DNA of 64,000 nucleotides from Amphiscolops sp. MND2022 (taxonomy: Eukaryota): positions 42,348,001 through 42,412,000 of the forward strand of contig OZ076413.1 in the NCBI GenBank assembly GCA_964187785.1, read 5' to 3'. A program made the position numbers and the translations under genes. This document shows, one piece after another, positions 38,651-51,896 of the stretch; the first letter of the stretch is position 1; every line of letters starts with the position of its first letter. The notes beneath the pieces are model-generated. The model saw only the letters and a program-made list of their open reading frames with translations. It was not told the DNA's origin and ran no database searches.

Positions 38651-39900
38651 ACTTTGAAACTTTGAATATTTTCAAACCATTATTTTTCAATTCGTTCCTT
38701 GCGTTCCTTTGAATGGAAAACCTGAAATTACTCTCGAACAAAGATTGTTCACAAACCATTGATTTATTTCTTCCTATATTCTCTAGGTGAACATAAAACA
38801 CAAAAATAAATTGAATTGTGTTAACATTTTCCAATTTTTCACATTTTTTGTCCTTTTGTTTGGCACTGAAGTGTCAAACAACTCACGCTCTTCTACCAAA
38901 AAGTATGCTTCATAGCAAGTGGTTTTGATAACCACGGAACCATTGGAACTTTTTAAAAACATTTTTTGACAAATTTTTCTCATTTCCTGAAACGTAGTGA
39001 TAGCTCATTGTTCAATGCTGAGCACGGCGGATGCTCTTACTCACGAAAAGTTGTGAAAATGTGTGACATTTGGGCAGTTTTGGATTTTTGGCAACCGTCG
39101 TTGCTGCCGTTTTTGGATTTCTACGTTGTGTTCCAGAATACTAAAGAGTCTATTGTTTCAATGTTGAGCTCAATGGATGTTTTAATATACGAAGAGTCTA
39201 AAACTGAACAGAAATACCAACTAAAATTTCAAAATTGAGTTTTTTGGTAAACTTTTGTCTTCTTGAGATGATTCTGAGGCCCGTTTCTACAGTCAAACTG
39301 CAGATATGTCTCCATAAAAAGTACTGGATAGCTAATGCCTTCGCCGTTGGATAATTCGAAGAATCTAACTCGGAGAATCTCTCAAAGTTACTACCAAAAG
39401 TGAATAAAAAAGGTTGAACGGGAAAACGTTACGACTGTTTTGAGGATGTTTGGAGATACTTTTCGCAAATTACCTTAACTGCAAATTACCTTTCACAAAA
39501 GCGTACTACAAGCCCGCAATGACGGTTTAAAACATTTTAACTCACGAAATTTCATCCCGAACTACCAAAATTGCATGTTAAATTTTGATAAAAATATTTT
39601 TTTACACTATTTTGAATCATTTCGGGTCATTTTGAAGTCAATTTGATCATGACCAAAAATACCAACATCTCCACAAAAACATTGCACGAAACCTATTTTG
39701 TGGCAGTTGAATTGAGTGGACAAATCTAAAAATAAAATGAGGTTATAAATTTGGAACACAGAATTTTCTGCAAAACGCTGCTCATTTAGTAATTGTTTAT
39801 TTTCCATTCACATCACATTTTTTGCTAGTCGCTAACGCACTAGTTTTAAAACCACTGAATTGCCAACATCAAAACCAATGAACGAACTAGTTTAAAAACC

Positions 39901-39979
39901 ACGATACATTTGCCGCAACGAACTAGCAAGATCTTGTTAGTTCTATTAACAGCCAATAGGAACGCGTTATTATTTCTGA
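39901..39979 (+). repeat. Hairpin repeat, truncated copy 2
   Basis: GCCGCAACGAACTAGCAAGATCTTGTTAGTTC matches copy 1. Confidence 0.75.
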
Positions 39980-40439
39980 AAAGTGAATTCTAGTCAAACA
40001 TTGACTAATTTACGTGGTAGATAGCACTAAGTACTCGAAAAGTGAATTCTAGTCAAACATTGACTGATGTACGCTTTATACACGTTACGGAATTGAGCCA
40101 ATTTTAGGTTGAAATTCTTGACTGGTTTCCACTTTTCTCTCATTACGCTCAATGACCACAATCCGCAATTTCTGATTACAATGTGCATCACTGTTTGACT
40201 AGAATACGGTTCGTTCTCGTTTTACGGAAAATACACTTTACACTTTATGATAAATTCCACTTTTGCGGCATATGTATCGTAATGATCAGTCAGCTTTTTT
40301 TTTTAAAAAAAAACACTTCGTTATTCATCATGTGCCCCAGCCCGGGCGCCAGACAAAAAAATCCATCCAACATAGGAAACAAAAAATACTAAGAAACGAT
40401 ATCATGCAAACAGAGAGTTCAATAGACCCAGGACAAATC

Positions 40440-43200
40440 TCAATTCAGACTTTCAATGAGGCTCGTGAAATGATAACGATTACAAAGGAAAGAAGACATA
40501 TTTCTTGCTGAAAAGAAAACGGACTTTAAAGGCAGATTTACAAGTAGTAAAGTTCGCTCAAGTGGTCTTCGTCCTGAACCGTTCCAATTACACTGGCCGC
40601 ATTGCCTGCCTGGATTGCAAGAGAGAGTCTCTACCTGAAAAACGACCCGGCTCTAATTTCCTGGTTGTACACGCACAACGTTTTCCAGAGGGTTTTCAAG
40701 ATCGTAGACGTGGAAGGTGCCTCTCCTCCCTGAATTTGAAAGGCTAAGTGTTGGAAGATGTATCCCTTGTCAGTCAAACAAACGTACTTAGCCGTTTTCA
40801 ACTCCTCTGCATCCTCCGCTGCTGTGCCTGGGTTGGCAACAGACCCGTTCTCCATTCTGCTGAGGGGGAGAAGATCGACACAGGTAACATAAACTAATTG
40901 CTTGCCTTCCTCTTAGGGCGCAAGGGTAATTCCACGCGGGCGCTTTCCGTATGTTCGGGTCAGACCATTTAGCTCCCAAATTTAGGAACTTTGATGGAAC
41001 TAAGCGCATGTTCTACGAGAGTGATGAGGTTGTGATGCCTCGAGAAACGTTGGGCGCTTCTGACACAGGAAAGACCAAGACCTCTTCAACAAGTTTACTA
41101 CAACTGCAAATGTGTTTCACACAATGTTTCGCACCCATGCGGAGGAATAACGAGATGCGCAGTTACTGATCTGTTAAATTCTGACAGAGAGTTTTGCTTG
41201 GTACAACATTCAGCCAACCGAACCAAAGGGGTCTTGGTAAACATTCAGTTTTTCGATATTTCGCACTTCAAAATCTGTTGATCAAAAGTAGCATCGCTCA
41301 GAGGAGACGTCCAATGTTTTTGGATGAAGTCCGACGGTGCATCTGATAGGTTCGTCCTCGTCAACCACAAAATCGAAGCCTTTTCAAACGATGCACGGTT
41401 TTCCGGGTCTTCCGCGAGGATACACGACAGAGCTCATTTGGCGCCAGTTGCTGATGCTAAGAAACATGAAGAGCAATCTGGGAAGCCGATGCAATGCCTA
41501 TGCTGCCTTTGGTGAAAGGGAGAATCGCCTGAGTTTGCTGCTTTCATTAAATTTCACATGAGAGTCATTTCAATTCAATCATTTTTTTGTTCAACAGGAA
41601 TCGACGAGAATTTGCGCCCAATGGCGCCCCTCAAATTTCCAAATTCTCACGATCCTCCACTTTAATACCCGGTAAAATTTTATCAAAAAGCGCTTTGATT
41701 CTCGTTTTTTGAGCTTTCGGTATAATTTCCGACGAAAATCAGGTTACTTTTAGTTTTTTCGAATGATAACCCATACTCGTCGGCGCTAGCATTGATTCTT
41801 TTGAGGTCCTCAAGAACCGTCCGATAGTCATCCGAAAGATTCCCGTCGTCGAGGTCCCAAACATGTCGGCTGGACCTTCGAGGTCTCCTTGCTGACAGCC
41901 CTCTCGCGATTGAATAATTTTCTCCCGGAAAAAAAGATGAGAGTTTTCGCTATTTGCAGGGTGCGTATAATTGTAAATCTGGCGTCGTTTTCGCAAAACG
42001 GAGTCTACCTTTTTGTCACGTTTCAGCGAGTTAAAATCTTTTTTGAAGTCCATCTTCAGAATAACGTTTTCAGGATTCTGCTCGTTCTCAATGAGTTTTC
42101 GAAAAACATGTGCTGCGATTTCAGTTCCACGACTTGTTCCGCAGCCGAACTGTGTACCATGGAAATTCGTCGTTGGTCAGTGGTGAAGGAGCTCACATAT
42201 TTTGAGCATATTCGACGCAGGGTATTTCCAATCGCAATCGGTCGACTTCCGCCGTCTTTTTACCGAAGACCGATAAGTTTGGCACCAAAGAAAAAAGGTC
42301 TCAAACCTTTTGCCAAACAAGGACTTTGCCCTCTAAGACGATTTTCAGTACGCTTGTTAGCTTCTGGAGGAACTCGTTGCCTATGGGCCCGTTGCCCATC
42401 GCCAAAAGGTCTGCGTACAACTGGGTCCCAAGTAGGCTTGGTCCTCCCGAAGACCCAGAGGGGAAGGAGTTGAATGCCTTCGCTACGGTGGGCTCAATCT
42501 TCGACAACTAGTTGGGCATGACTTGCTGCTCGAGGGGGGATGTTTTGACTGAAGTTTTTCTTAAATGTTGTTGTCAAAGAGAGCCGCTGTGTCGCCAGTT
42601 GCTGCTAGTCCTATTCCCGCTCGGACGTTCAACTCATCGAGCTTGGCGGAGATCAAATTGATCCTTTTTTGGCAATCTTGCTCGAGTTTAGAATCTTTCA
42701 TTTCACGCGGGACGACAAGATCGCCAAGAGCTGGAATTTTGTTGATTCTCTCGCATACGATAGGGACAAACAAGGGAAAACCGGGATGGGGGTTTTTAAA
42801 ACCATCGAAATTTTGAATATTGCTAGCAAAACTAGGCAAGATAAAGTTGTTCTCTTTGACATTGATTTTTTGACACCGCATTTTTTCTTCGTACGTTTTT
42901 TTAGTTCCTCAGAGGGTTCTCGAGGTTATTTGGAGACCGCGCAATCTTTTCGTTCGCCAAATGTGATTTGTTGAAAGAAAGCATTTAATAATTGTCCATG
43001 AACGTATTTCAAAGATACTGTTGTTTTTGAGTCTTAAGCAGGACACCAAGTTGAGACTCTCCCGGTTCATTATTGTAATGTATTGTTGGTTTTCAAAAAC
43101 AGGAACAGCAATGGCGTAAACGTTTTCTCTAAGACACTTGTTTGACCACAATCTAGATCTAAATGGCACAGATCACTAATTGTTAGGACGTTTTGGACGA
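40440..43200 (-). mobile_element. Decayed CRE-clade non-LTR retrotransposon (RT plus restriction-like endonuclease)
   Basis: SSGGP, KDGGSRPIAIGNTLRR, DFKKDFNSL, GCQQGDLEGP, AAEDAEELKTAKY and SLAIQAGNAASVIGT motifs; stop at 40538. Confidence 0.85.
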
Positions 43201-43913
43201 GATTGTTTCACAATTGAATCCTGTAAAATTTCAGTTGTCTTCCAGCGGACATCTGCTGTTTGTATTAGGATCTCAACACGTTTACCTGAAAAAAAAATTT
43301 TTATATATAAAAACTGTAACATATAATCTAAATACTTCCCCTGAAATAGCTTCCTAAAAGCACAAAGGCTTTTCAGGAAAAAGCCTTGAGGTTGGCATGA
43401 AGCTTCAAATTCAGGTTTTTGTTTATGTTTTTCATTCAGATTTTTTTTACCTGTAGGTAACATCGATTAGCTCATCGTTGCCGAAAATATAAGATCTTCA
43501 AATTAGCGACAGAATTTTAAAAAAACAGTTTTTCACCTATTTCACATATTATTATGTCAGAAGCTAGTACTCCCCATTGACGCAAAGCATTCATTAGAAC
43601 TATCGCACGAGACTCCAGCTTGTCATTCCCTCCTGAGAAATTCCAAGAATTCAAACTTCTATTCTTTGTCTGTTTGTTCTGAGTCCCAATATTGAGAGTT
43701 TGAAATCATCTCGAATCTGGCTAAGTGAAAACATTAGGATCTCGTAATTATGGCACTCAAAAACTGTTCCAATTTCTGGCTCTTTGTATTTTCTTATGAC
43801 ACTCAGTAGTAAAGTGTAAAACAATCAATTTCCGTCTTCGTGTGAGCAGTGGAAACTAGTCTAAGTACGTAATTGCAGAGAGTGTAAAGTAGTCATTTAC
43901 TGTATTTTGATCA

Positions 43914-44047
43914 CTACGCGTAACGCCAAATCACACAGAGTAACGAGCAAAACACGTAACGTGAATTTATAATAAAAACGCGTTTTCATTGGCTGTTAAT
44001 CGAACTTGCAAAATCTTGCTAGTTCGTTGCGGCATATGTTTCGTAAT
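43914..44047 (-). repeat. Hairpin repeat, copy 3 (inverted)
   Basis: Reverse complement of 14941-15074. Confidence 0.8.
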
Positions 44048-44069
44048 GCTTGTCGAAGCAGGAAGCATT

Positions 44070-46900
44070 GAAACTAATCTAATTATTTTTCTCTGAAGAA
44101 GCTTAATCTTGTGAAGTCTAGTTTTTAGGCCTAAACTATACAAAAGAACGCCATATTGAACAGTTGGTGTTATTTACGTTCGAAATTTTTGTACTAATTG
44201 TTTTCTCTTCATTGTATCTCGGAATTTGTAAAGGATTTCTCATTGTCGTGCAAGTTTGGCTATAACATTGTCAATTAGTGTTTCAAACTTCAATTTTTGA
44301 TCCGATTGATCGCTCAAGTATTTGTAACTGTCACAAGAAGATTTTTCATGATATCCAATTACTATATTTGAATGATTTGCTGACCTCTTCTCAAAACCGA
44401 CAAAATTAGTTTTTGTGAAATTACAATCAACTCCATTTTATTCATCCAAGTCTGGAGCAAATTTTGATCAGCAGATTTGAGTTCAGTTTTTTAATCATTA
44501 GTGTGTCATCAGCATATTTTACAACATTGCTGCGCCGATGTTCCTCTGCGCCAAGATCGTTTATAAGAACAAGAAATAAAAGTAAATTGCCGCATAAATC
44601 GAGGCAAAATTCTTTTGTCCATCTTTATAAAATGTTTTTAACTTAGCCATTTCCAAGCTTTGTGGGAAAACACCTGCAGATATAAGTTTACTGAAAGCAA
44701 TTCTAGAAAAGTTCTTAAAAGTTTCGCCGCCTTTCTCAAGATTCTGACACCTATATCATCGTTTCAGATATCTTTTTTGTGTTTTGATGTTTCAAGATTT
44801 GCTTCCTCTGTAACAAGGAAGAAAAACATACAGTGCGGTTGTTCAGTTTGATCACTTTTCTGTTCTTGATTCATTGTAGTGTTCTTTTTATCACATGCAG
44901 AGATGAAATAATCATCAACTAAAAGTCCAGTACTTTTTTTCATTTGGTTCCCGGATCCTTTCATTTCCATATTGTATTTGAAAAATTCTTGGCGTTATTT
45001 CCTACAATTTTGTCTTGAAGTTCATTTCGTTTTGCAGTTTTTATTTCCATGTTGACTTCATTTCGTTTCCGATTTTGTATGTATCTGAATCTTCCCTTGC
45101 TTCTCATCGGATCCATACTTGTCTCTATTAGAAATGTGCCTTTTGATACGGTTTGATATCCATGACTTTTTCTGATTATGCCTTTACCTTGTTTTGGAGG
45201 GAAACATTCATCTTGACTCTTTGGTCACTTGTACAATACGATCTTTTTCTGCGTTTCTATTTTGCTCACGTATATTTCCCAAAGAAAAGCTCAGGTAGAA
45301 GCGAAGTTTTCCACAAAAAAGCTTCATCCAATTTCGTCAAAGACCTGATCTCGAAAATGTGTTGCACTATCTCATTAGAAATATTATATTCAATTTCAAT
45401 TTCAGAGTATAGCGATCAGGAAACATAGTTTTTTTCTGACTGTTGAACCGGAGTATTGCTCTGTATTGAGTCAATGCATGTGCTAGAAGTGGCTGTTTCC
45501 ATGGTGGGTTCTCTCAAACTAACAAGGTCAAGTCCCTGTGAAATCATTAGGTTTTCTAACGTTACTCGTGCCGTAAGATTCTCGTTAATCAGGTCAATGT
45601 TGAAGTCTCCACAGGCTATTTGTAGTCCATCACCAGTATGATCCAGCACTTCTGCATTGTTCTCTAAATATTGACAACGGTTCGTGGACGGCTTGCAAAA
45701 AAGACAAGAAACAATGATGCTTCCAGACCTAATGTAACATAGATTGCAACCTCTTGTTTTAGTCCTAGTACTAGCAATTGGTTTGTGTTAACCTTCAAGG
45801 TTATGTAGTTCGACATCATCCTCGTTCTTGAACCATGTTTCAGTTACCGCGATAACCGCAGAATTTATGTCTGCTGTCAAAACTTCTAGATCACACAAGT
45901 TGGTTGATTCAGAACTTATTTATTTCATACAAATGTCAGTCCCTCTCCCACACTATTTTCAGAGTTTTCGTTTGAGACTGTCGAATTGATAGCTAAGGTT
46001 ACGCCTCAGTTCTTTCATCCTTTTCTTGACAAGCATGATCATTTGATGTTGGAATGTCTCTGTTTTCTGGTATAAACTGTTTATTATCAGAGCTACCAAA
46101 CACCATTCCTTCCACAAAATCCAGAGTGGCATTTTCATCTCCAGATAATGCCTTTAACTTTTCCAAATTAATTGTTACTGAGTTAGGTTCTTGCTCTAAT
46201 TTCTTTTCAGGAGTCTTTTGATCGTGTCAGCTTGCATAATTGGTTGAACGTTGATCTTCCGGTTGCGTTTAGACTTATTAATGGCACTCTTTTGCAGCTC
46301 TTCGACATCCTTTACTGATTCTATTACTCGTGAAAGCGTGGCCTTGTTGCTGGTTGTTAGTTAACCGTAAAACATCTTCCATAATCTGATTTGTCTGCCG
46401 AGGTAAATTGCAAATTATAGCAGAATTCTTTGATTGATACCGTTCGAAATTATTAATTTTGGCCCTCAAGGATCACACTTCGTTTTGTAACTCCTTAATT
46501 GTGCTCGAATGTAAATACTTTTCCTTTAATAAGAAGCTCAAGGTCCCTTTAAGGACCGGGTCGATTCACGAATCACTAATTTTGTCATGCAAAGTCGAAA
46601 TTTCTTTTTCATAATGAATTGTCATTGTTGAAGCAATGTTACGTAACTGTGAAGACTCAGTGCTCTTGAAAAGCGCGCAAATGTTTATTCGAGCATGCGA
46701 CCGTCTGTTTACCAGCATGATATCATGTGTAATGTGTTCAAAACCTGATGAAATTCGGTTTTTAATCAGTCAAAAACTTTGCAATTGTTTGAAAAGAAGG
46801 TCGGTTTTCTGTTTGTTCAACAGGTAACAATTCCGATAATATCCTACTCAATCATCCAAGAGATCGTGTGAGGTGTGTTATTAGGAAAATCAATCATCTA
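44070..46900 (-). mobile_element. Decayed, internally deleted CR1/L2-type LINE (ORF1, APE endonuclease, RT remnants)
   Basis: ERYQSKNSAIICNLP (ORF1-like), AVIAVTETWF, ACGDFNID, TCID and INDL...KYADDT (~44503-44520). Confidence 0.85.
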
Positions 46901-48480
46901 GTTCAGGTCATCGCTGATTGAATCAATTCAAGCTTCAACTTATGCTTAAGGGCTAGCTGTAATAGACGCCTTTACGAAGATTACTCGAACAAACAAGAAA
47001 AGGCTCATTAAAAGATTAAGTTGAACATCCTATTTTTAAAGTACCTCAGAAATACATGCAGATCTTATCATGAATAAGGAAAACGGAAGAAACAATAAAT
47101 CGAATAAAATACTGAATCTAACTCGCGAAGATAGAACGCTGAGAACATTTCACCTTCAATGAGAACATTAGGTCTGCCTCGACAGGCTTTTAACCTCGAC
47201 AGTGCTTTTGTCCCCAAATGAGGACAGCGATTTTTTTCACAATCAATAAAAGATTACAAAACGCAAAAAACTCATAGGAAAACGAAGTTTTGTTTTTCTA
47301 ATCAACAATCTATTGGACTACCTGGGGCGAGTTGTTATTTGTGTCAATATAGTTTGTTTTCCGAACCACCGGCAAAGAGGTAACTAGAAAAAAGTGAAAA
47401 CTTGCAAAAAGAAACTTTTCAGAAAATTAACTATTTCTCAATACCACAGCAACTGTTTGCTAAGTTACTGTCATTCTCTAGTAACACAGTTTGCCACCAT
47501 TGAAACCGCATTTAGAAGTTTTTTAATGAAGCTTCAGGGAAAAGTTCGAGTGTCATTTGAAAGGCCCGGCGAAGCGTGAATAAGGGGAAAAGTTCAAAGT
47601 CGATGATTTATACACCGTTGATAATGACTTTGGTTTAGAGCCGGGTGGCACGACGAGAGATCTCATGACGGCTTCCGTGGACGGAAACGAGCAAGACTTT
47701 GTATTTAAGGTTTCCATGTAGAAACACGGCCAATTGCCGGAGATGTTACCAATTTTTAGCTGAGTCGAGAGACAACAACGAGGACAATTTCCTCTCAGGG
47801 GTTCATTTTGCATAGAAAACAACCCGCAACCACGAAACCTCCAGACCCAATTACGGACACCTGGCATAGCAATACACCCTCCTCGTCAAAAAGAACTAAT
47901 ACGACAGATCCCGACCTTCCGAAACAAGATAGGATCTGTTTCACTTGGTCCCTTGCGACTAGCACGGACAAATAGCCCTATACCTATATCTCCGACAATG
48001 ATACCTGACCACATTCTCCAGCTGAACCAACCAAGCTAAACAATCAATGTATGGACTGACAAATATTCCCGATGGGCCAAAACACTATGCCAAGTGTGGC
48101 ACAATGCATATGTTTTTAGAGGCTAAATGAGTGCATATATTAGTGTTTTCGGACAACAGTTGTGCGACGCATATTAGCAAATGGCAAATACAGCAGCATG
48201 CGTCCATGAGAGACAACTTAACCTGCTGGTAATGTCTCATGAAATTCTACTGCAGTGGTGTGCAAAAACAACGATGATGTCGCCCTAGATGGGATAGCAG
48301 CATACACGGTCACTGCAGAGTTTCCGGAGAGATGATCAGGGATAAAAACACGCTAAATTGTTTCAAAACTGCTGGTCTGTCGTCGACTAATTCCTGTTCT
48401 GGAACCAGAGCGCTGGAAGCCATGTATCGCCGTTTGAATACTTTAACGCTGCAAGTCATACATAACCCATGTTGAGCACT

Positions 48481-49320
48481 CCCTGCGAATCTGTACAGAT
48501 CTGCACAGATCCTGACAGATATTCCAGGATTGTTCGAAAATTGAATAGTCATAAATTCAGTTTTCGAAAAAGAAATTAGTTGGTTAAAAAGTGCTCTACG
48601 AAAAAAACACACCTCTTATTCGAAGTTTAAAAAAGTTTCTGTGGGAATCTGTACAGATCTGTACAGATCCTTGCAGATATTCCAGGATTTGTTAAAAATT
48701 AACCATACCAATAAATTACTATAACGTATTCCGAGTTTCCAGCAATTACTAAAACTACTCCAGCAAACCATGTTCCCGAAATATTACAACCACAGCACTC
48801 TATCAACACCTCTACCAACCCAGAAGGTTGTCACATGTCAAATTTCATCCGTCAAAACGAAGTCAATATGGCAAACGAGCCTCTCAAAGATGGAAAACCA
48901 TTTCTAAAAAGTTCAAGTGAAATGGATAAATTACAGTGTATAACCAACACCGAACATTCCCCAGACACCAAAATTACCGTGATGGGGACAAGATTTCCTG
49001 CTCAAGAATTTTGGGTGATGGAGAGTTTCAACTGACTGAGCCTTGGTCAGCAAAAATATCTACTGAAGAAGCTAAAAAATGAAATGCAGTTTCACTAGAG
49101 GGTCGGAAAAATATTTCCTGAGGAATTTGTACAAAAAATCTTTGAACATCTGTAAAGATCCTTGCAGATCTGCAGTTGTCCTTACGTAGCAGTGGCACGA
49201 TTTTTACAGATCCTCAAGGAAAATTGGCTCACAGATCTTAAGATAGTATGATTTTAGTATGATCATAGTATGGTGAGTATGTTGGGTCAACCTGGGTTTA
49301 CAGATTCTCAAGGAAAGCTG
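48481..49320. repeat. Fragments of further CCC-type MITEs (ACAGATCTG repeats and an orphan right TIR)
   Basis: GAATCTGTACAGATCTG.ACAGATCC..CAGATATTCCAGG at ~48487 and ~48645; GGGTCAACCTGGG at 49284-49296. Confidence 0.45.
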
Positions 49321-49396
49321 AACATCGAAACACTTCAGCTACCCGAGTTGACCCTCCATGGATATCTTGGTAAGATCTTGGCAAGCTTTTTAGCTA

Positions 49397-50444
49397 CCCG
49401 GGTCGACCCTCCATGGATATCTTAGTAAGATCTTGGCAAGATCTTGCCAAGATCTTGGAAAATTCTTAGCTAAGATCGTGACAAGATATTGCCAAGAATT
49501 GCAAGATGCCATGGTAAGATCTTATCAAGAGAGCCATGTTTCCAAGAAAAATCTTAGTAAGAAGCCCAATATGGTAAGAAAAATCTAACTAAGAAGCCGA
49601 ATATGGCAAGAAAAAAATTGCTACGAACTGCTCGATATCGAGAAAAAGTAGAATCAGAAAACCATTAAATTAAGAGTTATGCAAAAATAATCTAGACATC
49701 ACTCAAAACAAAATTACTGAATGACTTTTACAACCATTTCGATATCGATTTTTTTTTCAATTGCAAAACTGTCGCCAACAACGGCGTCAGATAAGCCTTG
49801 AGCTGAATCATTACCCAAAATAGAGCAATGACCGCCGTTTCTAGCAGTAATAAGGCTGCTAAACAGGCTCAAAGAAAGCTGGAAATATGAATTTTCCACA
49901 AATTTCAGGATTTTAAGGTCTTTCCTTTGTAACTTTCCGATAGTGGATTTGGACGTTTGAGAGCATATTTCTCCATCTCTGGAATCGACAGGAATGATAA
50001 ATTACAAGTTTTGAAAAGCCCTTGAAAGTACCTTTCATTTGGAACATTCGGCATTTTTCAGTCTTAAACAGGTGAGGAATTATTAGGATTCTCGTCAGAA
50101 TTTCTGAAGCCAGACTACGTTATCGTAATTTTTCACGCATTTTTGCATGCAAAATTTTTTCAGCAGGTTTAAGCATTTTGATTATGAAAACGAGTAGAAA
50201 TAGTCGTTGTTGGGTGAAATGACCCTTTAGATTGAGTCTCGGCTGCTTGTACCGAAGGTATAGTGTTTTTTTAATAATCCTAAAATTTTGTCCAACGTGA
50301 TAAGATACGATCTTGGAATAAGTATTATCTTAGTAAGATCTTAATAAGAATCTTGCCATGGGATCCATGGCTGCCAAGATGTACTAAGAATTTGGCAAGA
50401 TCTTGCCAAGACAGCCAAGATGCTAGTAAGAGGGTCAACCCGGG
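49397..50444 (+). mobile_element. MITE family B, copy 1 (~1.05 kb)
   Basis: TIR CCCGGGT(C/T)GACCCTC, TSD TA, preceded by a partial duplicate of its own end at 49342-49386. Confidence 0.93.
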
Positions 50445-50704
50445 TAAGTTATGACCATGGTGGAGTACGTACACATTTAAAACTCAATTAAGATTTGTTT
50501 CAAAAAAATTCCACACTCTAAAAACACACAAAGTATTTTATACTTGGTCGTCATTCAATTTAAGGCTCCATATGCTACAAATTGAAAATATATTTTTTTG
50601 CTGATTGAACTACGAAACTATACATTTAAACTGTTATGCTGCAGAACTATGCAGAGTAATGATTACCGTATAACACTGCATGCTAATGGTGCAGTTAAAT
50701 TCTG

Positions 50705-51274
50705 CCCGTGCTGACAACCCAGGGTAACCCACCGGTGGCCACCGCACTTCCCATCGCAGTCCCACCGGTGGCCACCGCGGTGGCCATGACACATTTTGTG
50801 GTGGCCAGTGGTGGACCACCAGTGGCTACCGCCGGGGGAAAATTTCATGTTGTATACAAAATATTGCAAAAATTGTGACGCGAACCTGTATTTTGTTGAC
50901 ACTCCGGCATTTACCTCTGCGCTATCAGTTTTTGTAAATTGTTTGTTTTGCCTTAGCTATATTTGTTCTGCAGCATTGCCTATATGGCGACTCGCGTACA
51001 CGCGGTGCCAAAATAGTCTTGATTGCTGCAGAACTTTTTGAGTGCAGAAGTAAATTTTTGAAAAATTAAATACCCTTTGGATTCCATAATTCACAATTCA
51101 TTTATTTGAAAAAAAATTCCACCGGTGACCACCGGTGGAGCACCGGGGACCACCGGTGGAAATAGTGACTGATTATCCAAAATTGCCTCCACCGGTGGTC
51201 CACCGATGGTCACCGATGGTCACCGGTGGTCCACCGATGGCCAGTGGTGGGTTCCCATGGATTGTCAGTACGGG
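50705..51274. mobile_element. MITE family C (570 bp)
   Basis: TIR CCCGTGCTGACAA...TTGTCAGTACGGG, TSD TG, and subterminal CCACCGGTGG palindromes. Confidence 0.88.
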
Positions 51275-51602
51275 TGAGTAATTTATTCAGCACTGAAGTA
51301 TATAAATTTCGTGTCTGCGACTAACTGTGGGCCGGTTTTTGTGGCATAAATTGGCAGAATTTGAAAAAAAACGCAACGCAGAATATGATTTTCCTCCCCC
51401 ATTGAATGTGGGTGGAAAATAACAACTTTTTAAAAACTTATCGATGAGGAAAAGGAAGAAATTAACTTACTGGGAGTTATCATTTTGGCATTGGCATCTG
51501 AATTATTAAAGTTTTTAGCCTTAACGTTCAGAAAGATTGCCTGAGAAATATTTGAACGTCCGTTTGATACACTTTCATTTTGTTACTAGCTTTTACATTG
51601 TT

Positions 51603-51896
51603 TTAAATATCACTGCCGTTTTTCGTTGAGAACACGTCCGCTGATAACAGGTCACAGCTGGCCCGTCCGCAGAAATTAATGGAGCGACAGGTTGGGTGAC
51701 GATTGCAGAGAGCAACGCAGGCATTTCGTCTCCGAGCAACGATCGAGCCAACCAAATAAGTATCTCTTCCTCTCTTGTTTCTCTCATTGTTCTCAAAAAC
51801 GCCTAACAGCTGTGCTCGAAATTCCAGGCTTGGCGCTGTCCACGTTGGCAGAATCTCGCAAAGAAGATATACTAAGATATATAAATTCAAGTCCAT
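51603..51896 (-). pseudogene. Signal peptide plus PAN/Apple-like domain, truncated
   Basis: Hydrophobic N-terminus and CVALC....CRSINFC....CDL cysteine pattern. It stops before the final Cys. Confidence 0.65.

Noticed and set aside
39978..40065. 59-bp-period duplication GAAAAGTGAATTCTAGTCAAACATTGACT
   Set aside because: A simple local duplication at a repeat breakpoint with no further structure.
47540..48480. Cys-containing plus-strand fragments resembling a decayed gene
   Set aside because: Too many stops, and no domain could be assigned.
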